NCBI GenBank assembly: GCA_000708835.1
Contig: DF237565.1
Span: 1 to 51,019 of the forward strand
Reading direction: 5' to 3'
Length of the DNA stretch: 51,019 bases
Source: Klebsormidium nitens
Taxonomy: Eukaryota; Plantae; Klebsormidiophyceae
The notes beneath the pieces were generated by a model. That model was not told where the DNA came from, made no database searches, and was given only the letters and a program-made list of their open reading frames with translations. Both the position numbers and the translations under genes were made by a program. This document shows positions 33,301-45,300 of this stretch, piece after piece. Position 1 is the stretch's first letter. The number at the start of each line of letters is the position of its first letter.

Positions 33301-36300
33301 AGATCAAATTCAACCGCAATAAGCTGCTTTGGGGAATAGTGCCACTTGGAAATTCGCCCCCGGGTGAAATCTGGCCTTCCAAAGCCGAAACAGGGTCTCG
33401 CCAGCAAGCCAACTAAGCACAGCCCAAACAGCTTCTCCAAGGGGAAGTCTTGACACTTAGTATCCCTAATGGCCTTGTGAAATCGCGCCCCTTCCTCATT
33501 CCCACGAACTTGGAAAACCCTTTCTCAAGACAAAATCAAAAAGCTCCAATCCCACGTTACCCTAGGCCTAAGTTTTGGGCGTCAGACAATTCGGCCCGTC
33601 ACCTGTTTTCCGGCCGGCGAGCACGTCCATGAGCGTGGTCTTGCCCGCGCCGGAGACGCCCATGAGCGCCGTGAGCACCCCCGGGCGGAACGTGCCGCTG
33701 ATGTCGTTCAGCAGCCCCAGCTTCTTGTCCTGGCCCTCCTTTTGGAACTCCTGTGCGGAATTTGAAAAAGAAAGCGTCAGCGGGATGCGCGAATCTACCT
33801 CTAGGCCGTGATCGAGACGAGATTGCGCAGATAAGCTGGTGCATCGAGACTGTGTCTTAGCATTGCAAAGTGGGGCTTGGGAGCAAGGAGATAAATTTCT
33901 CATTATCCCCATTTATCCTCCAAATTACAAATTGGTACCGCAAGCTGTCAATCAGGGACTGACTTGACAGACCAGGAAGTTCCCGCCTGTTTGCTTTCGC
34001 TCATCTCCACAACCACTTTCCAAACACTGAAACTCGCAGAACGGCCCGTTCGTGACTGCTCGATCAGTATTCTCAGCACCGCGGATACACCAAACCAACA
34101 GATCCATTGCGTCGGGACCACACAGGGAATGTAGCCTAGGGAATCGTCGGACTCTTGCTTGAAACCCACCTTTGGCATGTCGACTGCGTAGTTGACGTGG
34201 TGGAATGTCATGGCCAGCGGCTGGAAGGGCAGAATCATGCCCTTGTCGGCGACGCGCTCCAGGCTGGACCGCTGCTTGAGGCCGCCTGAAAACGGGTGCA
34301 CAAAAGATTAAGCTTTCTAAGACGCAACTCGCATGTCTCGCCCAGGATTCGTACACTCCCGGGTACAGGGGACGAAACTTTATGCTGCTAACAGCATTCT
34401 ATCACAACAATACAGAAAAGGTTCCAACGATCAGCGTGAGTTCATAGGCATCCCGCGGTGATAAGTAACGACCCAGCACCTAAAGAACCATGCAAGTACG
34501 AAACTTAAATACCCACAATTACCTCAGCTTTTGGACAACGGCCTACGCTCTTTCCCTGTCAGCAGCAAACAGCTTTCGAATGATTTCCAGAAGCGGTTCA
34601 AGTGATGGATGTCTCACTGCCTCTCTTGGATGACGTCATGGACAGGCGCTGGCGCAGGCTCCTGCTTGGCGCGCCGAGACCGCTCTTTGAGGCAGTGGTC
34701 TCCCGCTCGCCGTTTGGCCTGCCGTTGACAGGAACGATCCCTGCGGAACAATCCTCTCTTTTCTGAATGTAGTATTTTAGTACAACCTCTTTCTCGGACG
34801 CTGCCGGGCCACCTTTCCAGGACCAGTCCCCGCTGTCCAAAGCTGGACACATCAACATGAGTCGCCTGAAGTCATTGATCAATCGTGGCAAGTACCTGGT
34901 ATAAGCGTAATCCCAACTTTGCAGATGCGATTCGTTCAGTGTTCTGAACATGCTCTACATAGGGTTTCACGAGTAAGAGGGTTTCTCGAGAAAAAGCGCT
35001 TCTGGCCAACTGGAGCATTTTTCACCTCCGAGGATGCAGTTATGCAAGATATACGAACGGAGTCGCAAACTTCTCATGTAAACAACAAAAAACCCTCCAC
35101 GCCCTTACCGTTTCCGTTGACGTCCTCCATGCGCGCCGCTCCCGCCGCGCTCGAACGGTGACCAATCCGGCCCATCTCCACATCGCCTTCTGCAAAGAAC
35201 AGAATGCAATTTACAATACTATTGCAGTTGCCATTATCGAAGGACGGAACACCAATGCATCGGCGGCCCAAAAAAGAAGCAAGGCCATAAAATGACTGTA
35301 AAAGACTGGAGCTTCCGGGTCCCGCATTTCACTGATTCCGCTCGCTCTATATGAATAAGCAATGAATGCAATGGAGCAGTTCGTGAGCGGATCACTGTCA
35401 AGATTGACAGCGCCTCGTAAGTGTTTGTAGCAGAGGGAGCTCGGAGAATCAGTTTAGTAAAGCCCCGTTCAGGCAAACTCCCTTCCCCAGAAGACAAGGA
35501 AAAGCGAGTCCAGATGTGGACCTCGTAACATCTGGTATTCCACCGTGAATAGCATGGAATGATGAATAACGATTGGCAATAAAGTTCTATCAAAATTCTA
35601 CCTGCACCGTCGGCTTCACTGATTGGGGGCACCGAGGGCGCCTTGGCTTTCCCGCGGTCGGCGTTGCCCGCCTCAACGTCGCCATCTGCATAAAAAATCC
35701 TTTTTCAGCATCCTGAAGTATCCTCTTTTCCTTGAATCTGGATTTGACCAAGACCAGCGGAGCGCCTTTTGAGTCGACAAGGGAGTTTGACGTCTTTAGA
35801 TGACAACAAAACCTTTTACTTTCACAGACTTCCACTCAAATTGATAGCTCCAAATGGTTGAGGACGAGTGTACAAAGTCCCGATTGAGAATTAACAACCG
35901 GGTTGAACGGACTCCGCAGCTTCTTGGCGATCGAAGCGCCCACTCGGTATAGCCTGCTCACATCCTAGGAGATGACACGAAGATGTCAAAAGCAGGCTGC
36001 TCACATCCTAGAAGATGACAAAAACATGTCAACGCCAGAAAGGTCTCCCAGGGGACTTCGCTAACAGCCATATAGAGCGGCTTGTCTGAATTGACGAGTC
36101 CAAAGAACTGACCAAGAGCGGTCATTCAAGAATGACAAGCTCAGCGCGCAAAACCGGACCCCGACTATCGCCCAAAGAGGGTCCATTATACCTTCGTCTG
36201 TTCTCGAGCCGCTGGGTGCCAGGTTCTTTGCAGAACCCGTGCCGTGCTGGATCTCGTGCTTCTCCTTGAGCGCATCCTCCGGAACAATCGCCTGGACACT

Positions 36301-39300
36301 GTCCAACGCTGCATCAATACAACAACGGGCTCACGTCAAGTCTGCACGGTTTCCGGATCCGCTGAATACCGTGGAACAAGAAAGCGCGGTTCTTTGGTTT
36401 CAAGAAGTAGTATAAAGAATTCCTCCGCAACTAACAAGAGTGGAGCATTTGAACGACAATCCTTCCACATGACCTGCACAAGGCGGACTTGTACCAGATT
36501 CAGAAGTGGAATGCGGTTGCAATTTCGACCAGAAAGAGAGAGAGTCGACTTACAAGGGAGGTACTGCAGGGCCAGGCTGACGAGAATGTTGAAAATGAAG
36601 TAGAAGCCAATGAGCGTAGCAAAGCCGACCCTGTAGAACACAACGTCAATGTCAGTGAGACTGAGACCATTTCAACCATTCCGCAGGATTGTAAGAAGCC
36701 AACGCCGTCGTGCTTGCTCCAAGGCGGCATCGCCTCTTGGTGTTTGACAAATTTGATTCTGGATCCAAGATCCATCCTTTTTCTCGTTTCAAATTCAGAT
36801 TTGCACTTGCACCAGATTTGCACTTGCAGTACTTAAGCTTTCAAGCGAGGGTCGTATACCAGTCAATGACATGGATCCGACGAGTGTCGTTAGTATCAAA
36901 GTCAGAAACCCAAACTATTGACCATTTGGTCTGAATGAACCCTTGACAAAGATGCCGTCCCCGCATCCTATTAGACAGTGAGAGCTCAACGTTTCTCAGC
37001 TGCTCTTCAGTAAAAACAAGTCAGGGGCACCCGTTACCGACACCAAGTGTTGACTCTAAGCCACGCACTTCCAAAACGGCGCTTTGATCACAACGAATAG
37101 ACCAGAGCCCTGAACACTGATCATTCTTGCAGAAACGCAAGAAGAAGCTGTGCGTGCGCACCAAATCCACCACTTGGCGGTGTGCAGGCCCCTCTGACGC
37201 AGAATTGCGAAGCCGAGAGTTTCGCTGGGATTCTGCGGGTTGGGTCTCTGCCAGCGGGGGGCGGTGAACTCGTTGACCGCGATCGCGTTCTGGGCGTAAG
37301 CCAGGGGACTGATCCAGTAGCCCCATACCCACCACGGCTTAATGTCGGCTGCACCAAGAACGACCGCGGGTTAGAACAAAGTCCTCGGGTTAAACCTGGG
37401 GTTAACATTCGGAGTAGGGCTCGCCTGTGCTGCAACCTGCTTGTTGCCAAGGGGCAAGAGTTCTTCATAAGTGGTCAAATAGGAACTTTGGCAGGTGTTC
37501 AGAAGGTCTGTGCATTTCTAGCTTCAAACGGGGAGTGTCGAAGTAGCATTATAATGCAAGCATGAGGGTGAAATAAAGAAACCAACGAGGCAGACACAGC
37601 GGCCAATCATGTTCTCAGCTATCTACTTATCCCGCATTTTCAGGGTCACTGGAGCATTCTTCAAAATCTTCAGACAAGCAACAATGTAGACCAAAGTTCG
37701 TCTACACCATGAATGGATAACATGGTCAAGCGCTCCCGGTGTGCTTCATAACCTCTGCTTCTCCTGTCACCAGTCTCAACTCAACACGAGATCTATTTGA
37801 AGCGCAACCCAGCACAAGTCATCGTGACGTCAGGCTACGAGCCCAATTTCCGGCGCACTCACGTTTGGACAGGATGAAGCCGCCGAGTAGAAAGATGACG
37901 AGGAGCGCGAAGGAGCCGCCAGTGTTTGCGATGACCATCTTGCGGCCGAGGGCCGCGATCAGGCGGAACAGCGCGAGCGCCATGCTGTGTACCAGCACCA
38001 TCAAAAACCAGTACGTGAAGAACCTGCGGGTTAAGAAGTTTTGGGTTTAGATGTCAAGAAACTTTTGGGTCTAGGCGGGGGGGCACCAGCTAAGGAACTG
38101 TTGCGGAGGCCGCAGAGCCAAATGACCATTTTGCGCCCCAGGCCGGAAGAGCGCGAGCGCCATGCTAGAACCAGGACTGTCAGGAACCAGTACGTGAAGA
38201 ACCTGCGGGGCGGAAGGAGTTTGACAACTGAGCGTGGGGCATCCGACCGCACTGACAACCGCAAAGCATAGAGAGATGCAATATCCTCCAATAATTGAAA
38301 ATGTGCACTGCAAAACGACTCAAAAGGACGACGTCGAGCCCATCGAACAGAAGTGGAGAGCTTATCAGACAGGAGTGGCGAGGGGTTAGATTTGCTTTTT
38401 TTTTGGTTCGCTAGTTTTGAGCCACCGGAACAAAACGGCTTCTTGCTGTTGCTCAAGTCGCCTATGGTCTGAGTTGTTGAGAAGAGCACGTGATGACGCA
38501 TGTAGAAGGTCTCGGGCCACTTGAGCGAGTCAGCGTCCGGGGCGAGACTCTTCGAGGAAGCCGAATGCGGCGATGCAACGGAGGGGGTAGATTGCTTCTT
38601 TTCAATCAGACAGCGAAGCCGTAGGACCGTGCATGTAGCAGTAGAGCGAACACGACAAACGCATTTTCGTCCAGTCGCAGAATACTTTGCACGACTAGCT
38701 AGCCTCTCGAAAGGAGGCCTTGAGTTGAGAACTGAAAAGGGAGAACTTGGCAGTCTGCCTCACCTGTCCGCCTGAGGGGCAAGCCCAACCACCTGCAAGG
38801 GGAAAAGCAAAGCAACATCAAATCATGCGCTTCAAACTGCCAGCATATGCCTTATCTACTCGCTGTACGGAAACAAGTACTACAACGAGTCAAAGAACGC
38901 TCGATGAACGCAGGTTTTGGGCTACGTAAGAAAGCCCGTGATGTGCGTGATATGCGAACACCCTATCCCTCAACCCTAACTGACGCACGTAGAAGGCAGC
39001 CCAGAGGTGCTTTCGTGTCTCGAAGTAAGTAGTCTGAAGATCGACTCACTCTCCAAATCAAGCCTTCTCATAAATAGCAATCTCTTGGCCCGCCTCTTCC
39101 ACGCCCCTTACGACTCGATTTACAACAAGGAAAAGCGCGCTGCACACCGCAGCTTCGCAAGCAAAATGACGTCAGCATGACGATCCGGTGCACTCACGTA
39201 GTAGACAATGACTGTCCAGATGGTGGCTTCCGCAAACGAGTACGGTATGCGGAGTACCGCCGTCGGCAGATTGAGCGCCCAGCCCGTGTAGAACAGATTG

Positions 39301-42300
39301 TCGCGCTGTCGGTAAAATACCGGCAGGCGGCCGACCTGGAACCGCAAGGGCGACACTTTTTCAATAGCAAGAATTGCTCGCACCAGTGCTCTTTAGGCCC
39401 AAGAGCTGGAAGCAAGTGTCAGACGGAGTTCTAAAGCACGTATCCTGGGAATGAATAGGTGGAAAAAGGCGCTCCGTACAATCCTGCAAAAATGTATCCT
39501 TACGAAGGCAACTTTTAACAAAATGAGATGATGCATATTATGCGGCTCAAGACAAGAAGCAGACGGGACCTCGTAAAGGACCGGCACAAGAAACCCGAGG
39601 TTTGGTGAAGTCCCCTTCTTATCGCTCTGATCCAGAGAACTTGGCCGCTTCACCTGACTTCAGATTCGGACTTCCGCAAAACAGTAAGCCAAGCCTTCGG
39701 TGACCCAAGCCTAATTCCAAAACGTCTAACTTTCCTTGACCATACAGGGCTGGACTGGATCATTCAGCCAGGCTTTAAAAAACGACTTGATTCGCGTACG
39801 CACCGTGATAGCGAGCTCGGAGAATCCGTTGAAGAGCATGTGTATGAGCGAAAAGAAGAGGACGCCCAGGTAGATGGGTCCGTCCTGCAAGTTCACGCCC
39901 AGCGTCGTGCGGAAGAAGAGCGTCGCTGTGATGAACGCCACGATGCCGCACTGCGCGCCGCAAGAGAGACCGGTTATGTTACCATTAGGGTCTTCGTTAT
40001 CTTTCTCTAGACTTTAAAAGAGTCTATCAGACTGCGCGTTCCGGAGGTTGCACCCTGCAGAGAGAATCCTCTGAATTGGAGAGACTGTGCGCTTTGTAAA
40101 GCGCACCCGCAGAAGAATCATCATCTACGCGGATTCCTGGTGATGATGGTCGGGGATTGGACGAAGGACAAGTAGCCAACAGAGTCAAAGCCCTCATGCA
40201 GACTAGAATCCATGAGAAAGCTGCTGCGTTTCGCTAGCCCTGAGAAGGCACCGACAGCCGCCACCAAGCAGCAAACTTATATGGCTTTACGTTCCAACTC
40301 AGATCACCTATTCCCACGGCTTACCTGCACGGTCCGGAAGGTGTAGAGGAATCGGTTCCGCTTCATCAGGATGAGTTCGCGCCTGAGAAGTGCTCGGAAC
40401 ATTGCCCACCGGTTGAGCGCGTACTTTTCCTTGGGGAGTGCCAAAGGTTTGGCAGGTTGCACCGGTTGAGACAGATCCTCCCGGATCTCCTGGCCCCACC
40501 GGCTCTCCTTGAACGCCGCCGCGAAGGCGGACACCGGAACGAAGCGGTACGGCTCGCGGCGGTTCCAGTATTGCTGCGGATGAAACCGGGTGGATGCGTT
40601 AAGGAACACACGCAACTGCTTCCAGAGAACACAACTGCTTCGAGAATGAGACGGTGGTAAACGCCAATCTGTCAGAAGTTTCAAAGGTAAAAGAATATGA
40701 TCAACTTTACCGTTCGCTTTCTGCAATATGTCAGCTCCGTTCTGAACACTGGAGAATGAGGCTGCGACTGGTCCATACTCCACGGCGTTTCGTTTACGAC
40801 ATCATATGTGTGAAAGCAAGACAGCAAATCAGAGCCGCACGTCATTCATTAGCGTCGAAATCAACACGACCGCCGGCTCCTTCAAGTAAGTGCCGTTCTT
40901 AGCAAGGATCTCAAGGCACCTCCACGGTAAGAAAACCATGGGCAGTCCTGAGAACGCCAAGATCTCAAGGCACCTCTACGGTAAGAGAACCATGGGCAAT
41001 CTTGCGAACGCCGAAGTGAGGATCTGAAAAGATAAAAAGGGAATGAACGCGTACCGCTTGATCCTTCTTGGAGGTGACCTCCTGCAAGAAGTCGGCGATG
41101 CCCTTCCTCTCAGGGGGCGTGAAGCCCAGCGACTCGAAGAAGCTGAGAACCTCAGTCACCGGACCGTGGAACACCTGACGACAAACAGAGAGATCCCTAT
41201 GAACAATTGAAATGCGTTCTGGACAAGAACTGGAAAGTTCCTTTTTGGATTGTGGCCCTGAACAACGCAACCGATATGAAACGAATACTGCTTTGCAATG
41301 TTTCGGAACCTCCACACTTGTTTGAGAGGTGGCCCCTGAAACTTTGCCCCAGTATGATGCAAATCAGCAAAACCATCCGACCAGCGAAAGGGCTTCTGAG
41401 CCAAAAATCAGCGGTTACAACGTAGGAGGGAGGAGAGTGTACCCACCACGTAGCCTTCGCTCAGCAGCAGGACGTCGTCAAAGAGGTCGAATGCCTCGGG
41501 TGCTGGCTGCAGAAGGGCCATCAGAACAGTGCCCTGTAGAAAAGAGAAAGCCCAACTGTTAATCCCGACGTCTTCGAGGGACGCCAAAGACATACGGCCT
41601 TGTTCGCTCAAGGATAAAAGCCCAGAAAACATAGCTGGTTGCGGCTGACGGGTCCGTGGGCCCCTTTTTCCGTGGGCCCCTTTTTGTCTCCATTCTCTCA
41701 AGGCTCACTTCGAAAAACTAGAACCCCTGTGCTACCAGCACAATCGAACTCTCAGAAAGCAACGTGCCATTCATGAAGAGTTACGTACCTCCATGAGGTG
41801 GGTCCAGTTTCTGACCGCCTTCACAATCTGGAAGGTAGTGGAGCTGTCCAGCCCGGTCGAGATCTCGTCCATGAACAGCGCTGCAGATGGCATAAAGACG
41901 TTCCGGTATCGTTCTGCTGGATTGGCTCTGCTCTCAGTTCTCCGAAGACAATTCCCCCGGTTTTTGAAGGCTCTCACAGCTAGCCGACAAAGTCTTCTCA
42001 AAGATGCCCATGTCTTTCCGCGACTCCAGCCAAGAATAATACACCCACGTTCTTCCACTACCTGCTCCTTTCAAACCCGACGTGTATCCGTCGAAGAACA
42101 ACCAGCTGCTCCTTATTCTCTAATATATGGCCGCTTTGAGTGCACTTTGTTGAAGCGTTTCTTCAGGGCAGATAGGCGAGGGCAGATAGGCGAATACAAG
42201 AAAGGATGAAGCTTAACCTTATAAGGCCATGGTTCGACCTGATCTCACCTTTCTTGGGGCCAACAATCATCTCCCCCGTCGTGACACGCTTCTTCTGCCC

Positions 42301-45300
42301 GCCCGAAATACCGCGCATCATCTAGTGAGAAAAAAAGTTGCGCCGCTTTCAGAAAAGAATTACACCGCTGCACTTGCTGAGAGAAGCCTAAGGAAACAGC
42401 ATTACCATCGTTGATGGCGGAGCAATGTCAATACGAATGCAAAGATGTGTAAGCTGAAAGTGTCGCTGTCGATAAGTCTTGTCGTCTTGAAGTTTCTTTC
42501 CTAATAAACGAAACCTTCGTGCAGGCATACGGACAATGTCTGAAAGCAAACAGAGTCCAGCCTGTTTGCAGTCCCGCTTCTGGTGGAGTATTTCCGACGG
42601 ACTCAAATCAGGCTCACCTCATTGCCGATGACAGTATCTGCGGCATAGTCCAGGCCCAGAACTCGAAGAATGTACTCAGTCCCCACGTTCCGCTGCTTGT
42701 CAGGCAGTGTCGAGGCCTGCACGACGCAGATAGCTTCCAGATTGCAAAATGCTTCGAGACGGATGTTACCATATCAAACAGTATCTGTCTCAGGAATCAG
42801 TGCCGTTCTTCCGAGTCAGAGCATCCGTCTGGAAGGCGCTAGCGCCTTTCATAATGCACTCTCACAATGGACTTCAGTAGTGCAAAGTCCTCACCACACG
42901 CAAGCCCTGCCTAGGACGCCAGACCAATCTAGAATGAAAAGAATCTATTTTTTGAATTTGCAATATACGTTCTTGATATATTGTCAAAGTGGTCTTACCT
43001 TGACAAAGGCGTCGATGTCTGGGTCGGGCGCAATCTTCTGGGACTGCTCCCTTTTAGTCAACTCGTCAATCATTTCTGCGCGAGTCATGAGCACCGTTCA
43101 GCTTAGGGATCTCAAAAAAGTTTCACCTTACATAGCCTTTCCAAACGAAGTGAGTACCAACTGAGAGTGGGTGCTTGAAGGTTCGGAGTCTTCTCCTTCA
43201 GACAACGAAAAGCAGTCCTCTCTCAACCGAAACGTCGTCAATCAGAGCAACGCAATTCAAGTGGTTAGCAAACGCAGCGCAGGAGTTCTCACCCGTCTTG
43301 TATCCAGGCCCCTGCACTCGGGTGGCGAAGTCGAACGTCTCTCGGACAGTCAGCTCCCCGGTGTGGACGTCGCTCTGGCTGATGTAAGCGCTGACGCGCC
43401 GCGGTTCGAACTCGTGGATGTCGACACCGTTGTACGTAATCTTGCCCGTCACGATCAGGTCGCTCGCAGCCTTCCCGGCCAGGGTCAGGAGAAGGGTCGT
43501 CTTTCCGGAGCCGGGAGGGCCCAGCAGCAGGGTCATCCTCCCCTGAAGGAAGAAATCAAAATCAACTTCGTTCCTTGTCTTCGTTACTTCGAATACTTTG
43601 GCGAGATAAGCCGTATGCTGATCAACAAAGGACGTTTCCTGCACAAAGTGCCTTCGGACTACCTACCCAACGCAATAATGAGCATGTTTGCGAAACACTG
43701 TCAAATGAACCTAGTTTTGAAGAGGTGCAAAAGTGCTGTCGGTAGGGATGCCTTACCGGCTTCAGGCGTCCATTGACGTCCCTCAGGATGGGGAAATCCC
43801 GCTTGTTGCTCTTCAGCAAGCCCAGCCGTTGCAGAGGCATCTGAAAACAACAAGGCGGGTGTTCGTGGAAAGACACAACTTGCTTGCGGTTTGGAGCCCA
43901 AGGAAACACAACATAACCCCGTTGTAAGTATCCTCTTCCACTTCCAAAGGAGGAGGTTTGCCTTCTCTAGGGTACAAAATCCAGCATACAATCCCTCCAA
44001 GGATGTGTCTCCGAGTAAAAACGAGAAAGCAATCAGAACAGCAGTATCGAAACGAGAAGGAATCGTTTCAATCGGGCCATAGTCATTACCACGGTGCGCA
44101 TTCAAAATCTCGAGGGCGCAGTGTTTGAACCTGATTCAGTACCCCAACGGCACGGCACTCCACTCAACTAGCTTCCAATTCGAAAGCTTAACAACGCTGG
44201 CACAACACTTCAAAGCAACTCACTTGAATAAGGTTGAGGGCTGCGTTGGTAAGACTTGGCAAAGCGCGGCTTCCGACATACACCTTAGCGGAGATGTTGA
44301 GGTCTTCGTATCGAACTTCGACAGTGGGAAGCTGAATCCCAACCCTGTGTCAACAGTACAAGGGCGTTCAGTGAAGGGGTCAGCTGAAGCTAGGTAGCCT
44401 TTACGCAGCTTCTCCCAGGTCAGAGAAGGCAATTTCATCTAAAGAGAACTTGCCACAAGGATGTTGAGAGGATCACAAAACGGCTCAACGGGCAACAGGA
44501 ATTTGTGGTTTCCTAAACTCGATGCCAATACCCAGGACCGGTTGACGCTCATAGGTAGCAACTCAACTACTAGTGCTGGCAATGGCTCAGACAACTGCCC
44601 AGAAAATTTGATGCTGACTCTGGGCAGATCAAGAAAGAGTGGAATGCAAAAGAGGATTGATTTAAAAAGGAGATACTTTGCAGCTAATGGGAAACATGGC
44701 TTGCCTGTCTATTCTCTCCCTCAGCTTTCGCAGAAACTTCTCATTGTCCTGGTCGGTTGTCTGCAGCGCTTTGTCCACAATCGCACGATGCTCATCAGGA
44801 TTCAGGTGGGAGATGTCGATCTGGCCCAACTTACTGGTCTGCTGAAGGTAGTCATGGAATCTGGCAGGGAACAAGGAAAGTGAAGCTTGTAGATCTAAAT
44901 CTACCACTTGTTGTACAGCGTGTTCTTCAACGTCTTTGGAAGTCTGCAGCAGTTGGCACGGTAAAAGTAACAGCTTAACTGGCATTAGTGGATTATTGGC
45001 AGGCCTTATATGTGCTTGCTTGCAAAAGCAATGTCTCTGGTACAAAAGTAAGTGGTATATTGACTCCCTATTTGCATGCCAGCTCAGCCTTTTTGATGTT
45101 TAGAAATGTCAGCAAAAAGCACATCAAGCCTCTATGAACAGCGTTTGAGCAGTCTCCTGATCGACTAATCAGGTGAGCTCGCGCTTATGCGAGCTGTCAG
45201 AAGTGAAGTCGTAAGTGCAAGTTTGAAACCTTTGGGCATCATGTCCCTAAGTCAGTCTGTGTCACTCCATGCACGAATGAGCGTTGTACATACAAAACCT

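Noticed and set aside
37372-37410. Three GGGTTA hexamers resembling telomeric repeat
   Set aside because: Non-contiguous. On the gene strand they are TAACCC branch-point-like motifs just upstream of the exon-17 acceptor.
38525-38555. Intronic LAPDAD-coding stretch similar to micro-exon LAPQAD
   Set aside because: Only ~18 nt of similarity and no matching splice sites, so it cannot be separated from chance.
39630-39665. gagaacttggc...tcacctg resembling the micro-exon donor region at 38742-38766
   Set aside because: A short match ~880 bp away in a non-adjacent intron, too weak to count as an echo.
43171-43776. 201-aa plus-strand ORF
   Set aside because: Antisense shadow of the PDR Walker-A exon and adjoining introns.
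44861-44945. Alternative upstream acceptor (ctgcag|ACTTCC) for PDR exon 2
   Set aside because: It is phase 0 but exon 1 ends in phase 2, and the required frame hits a stop. The 44860 acceptor fits.
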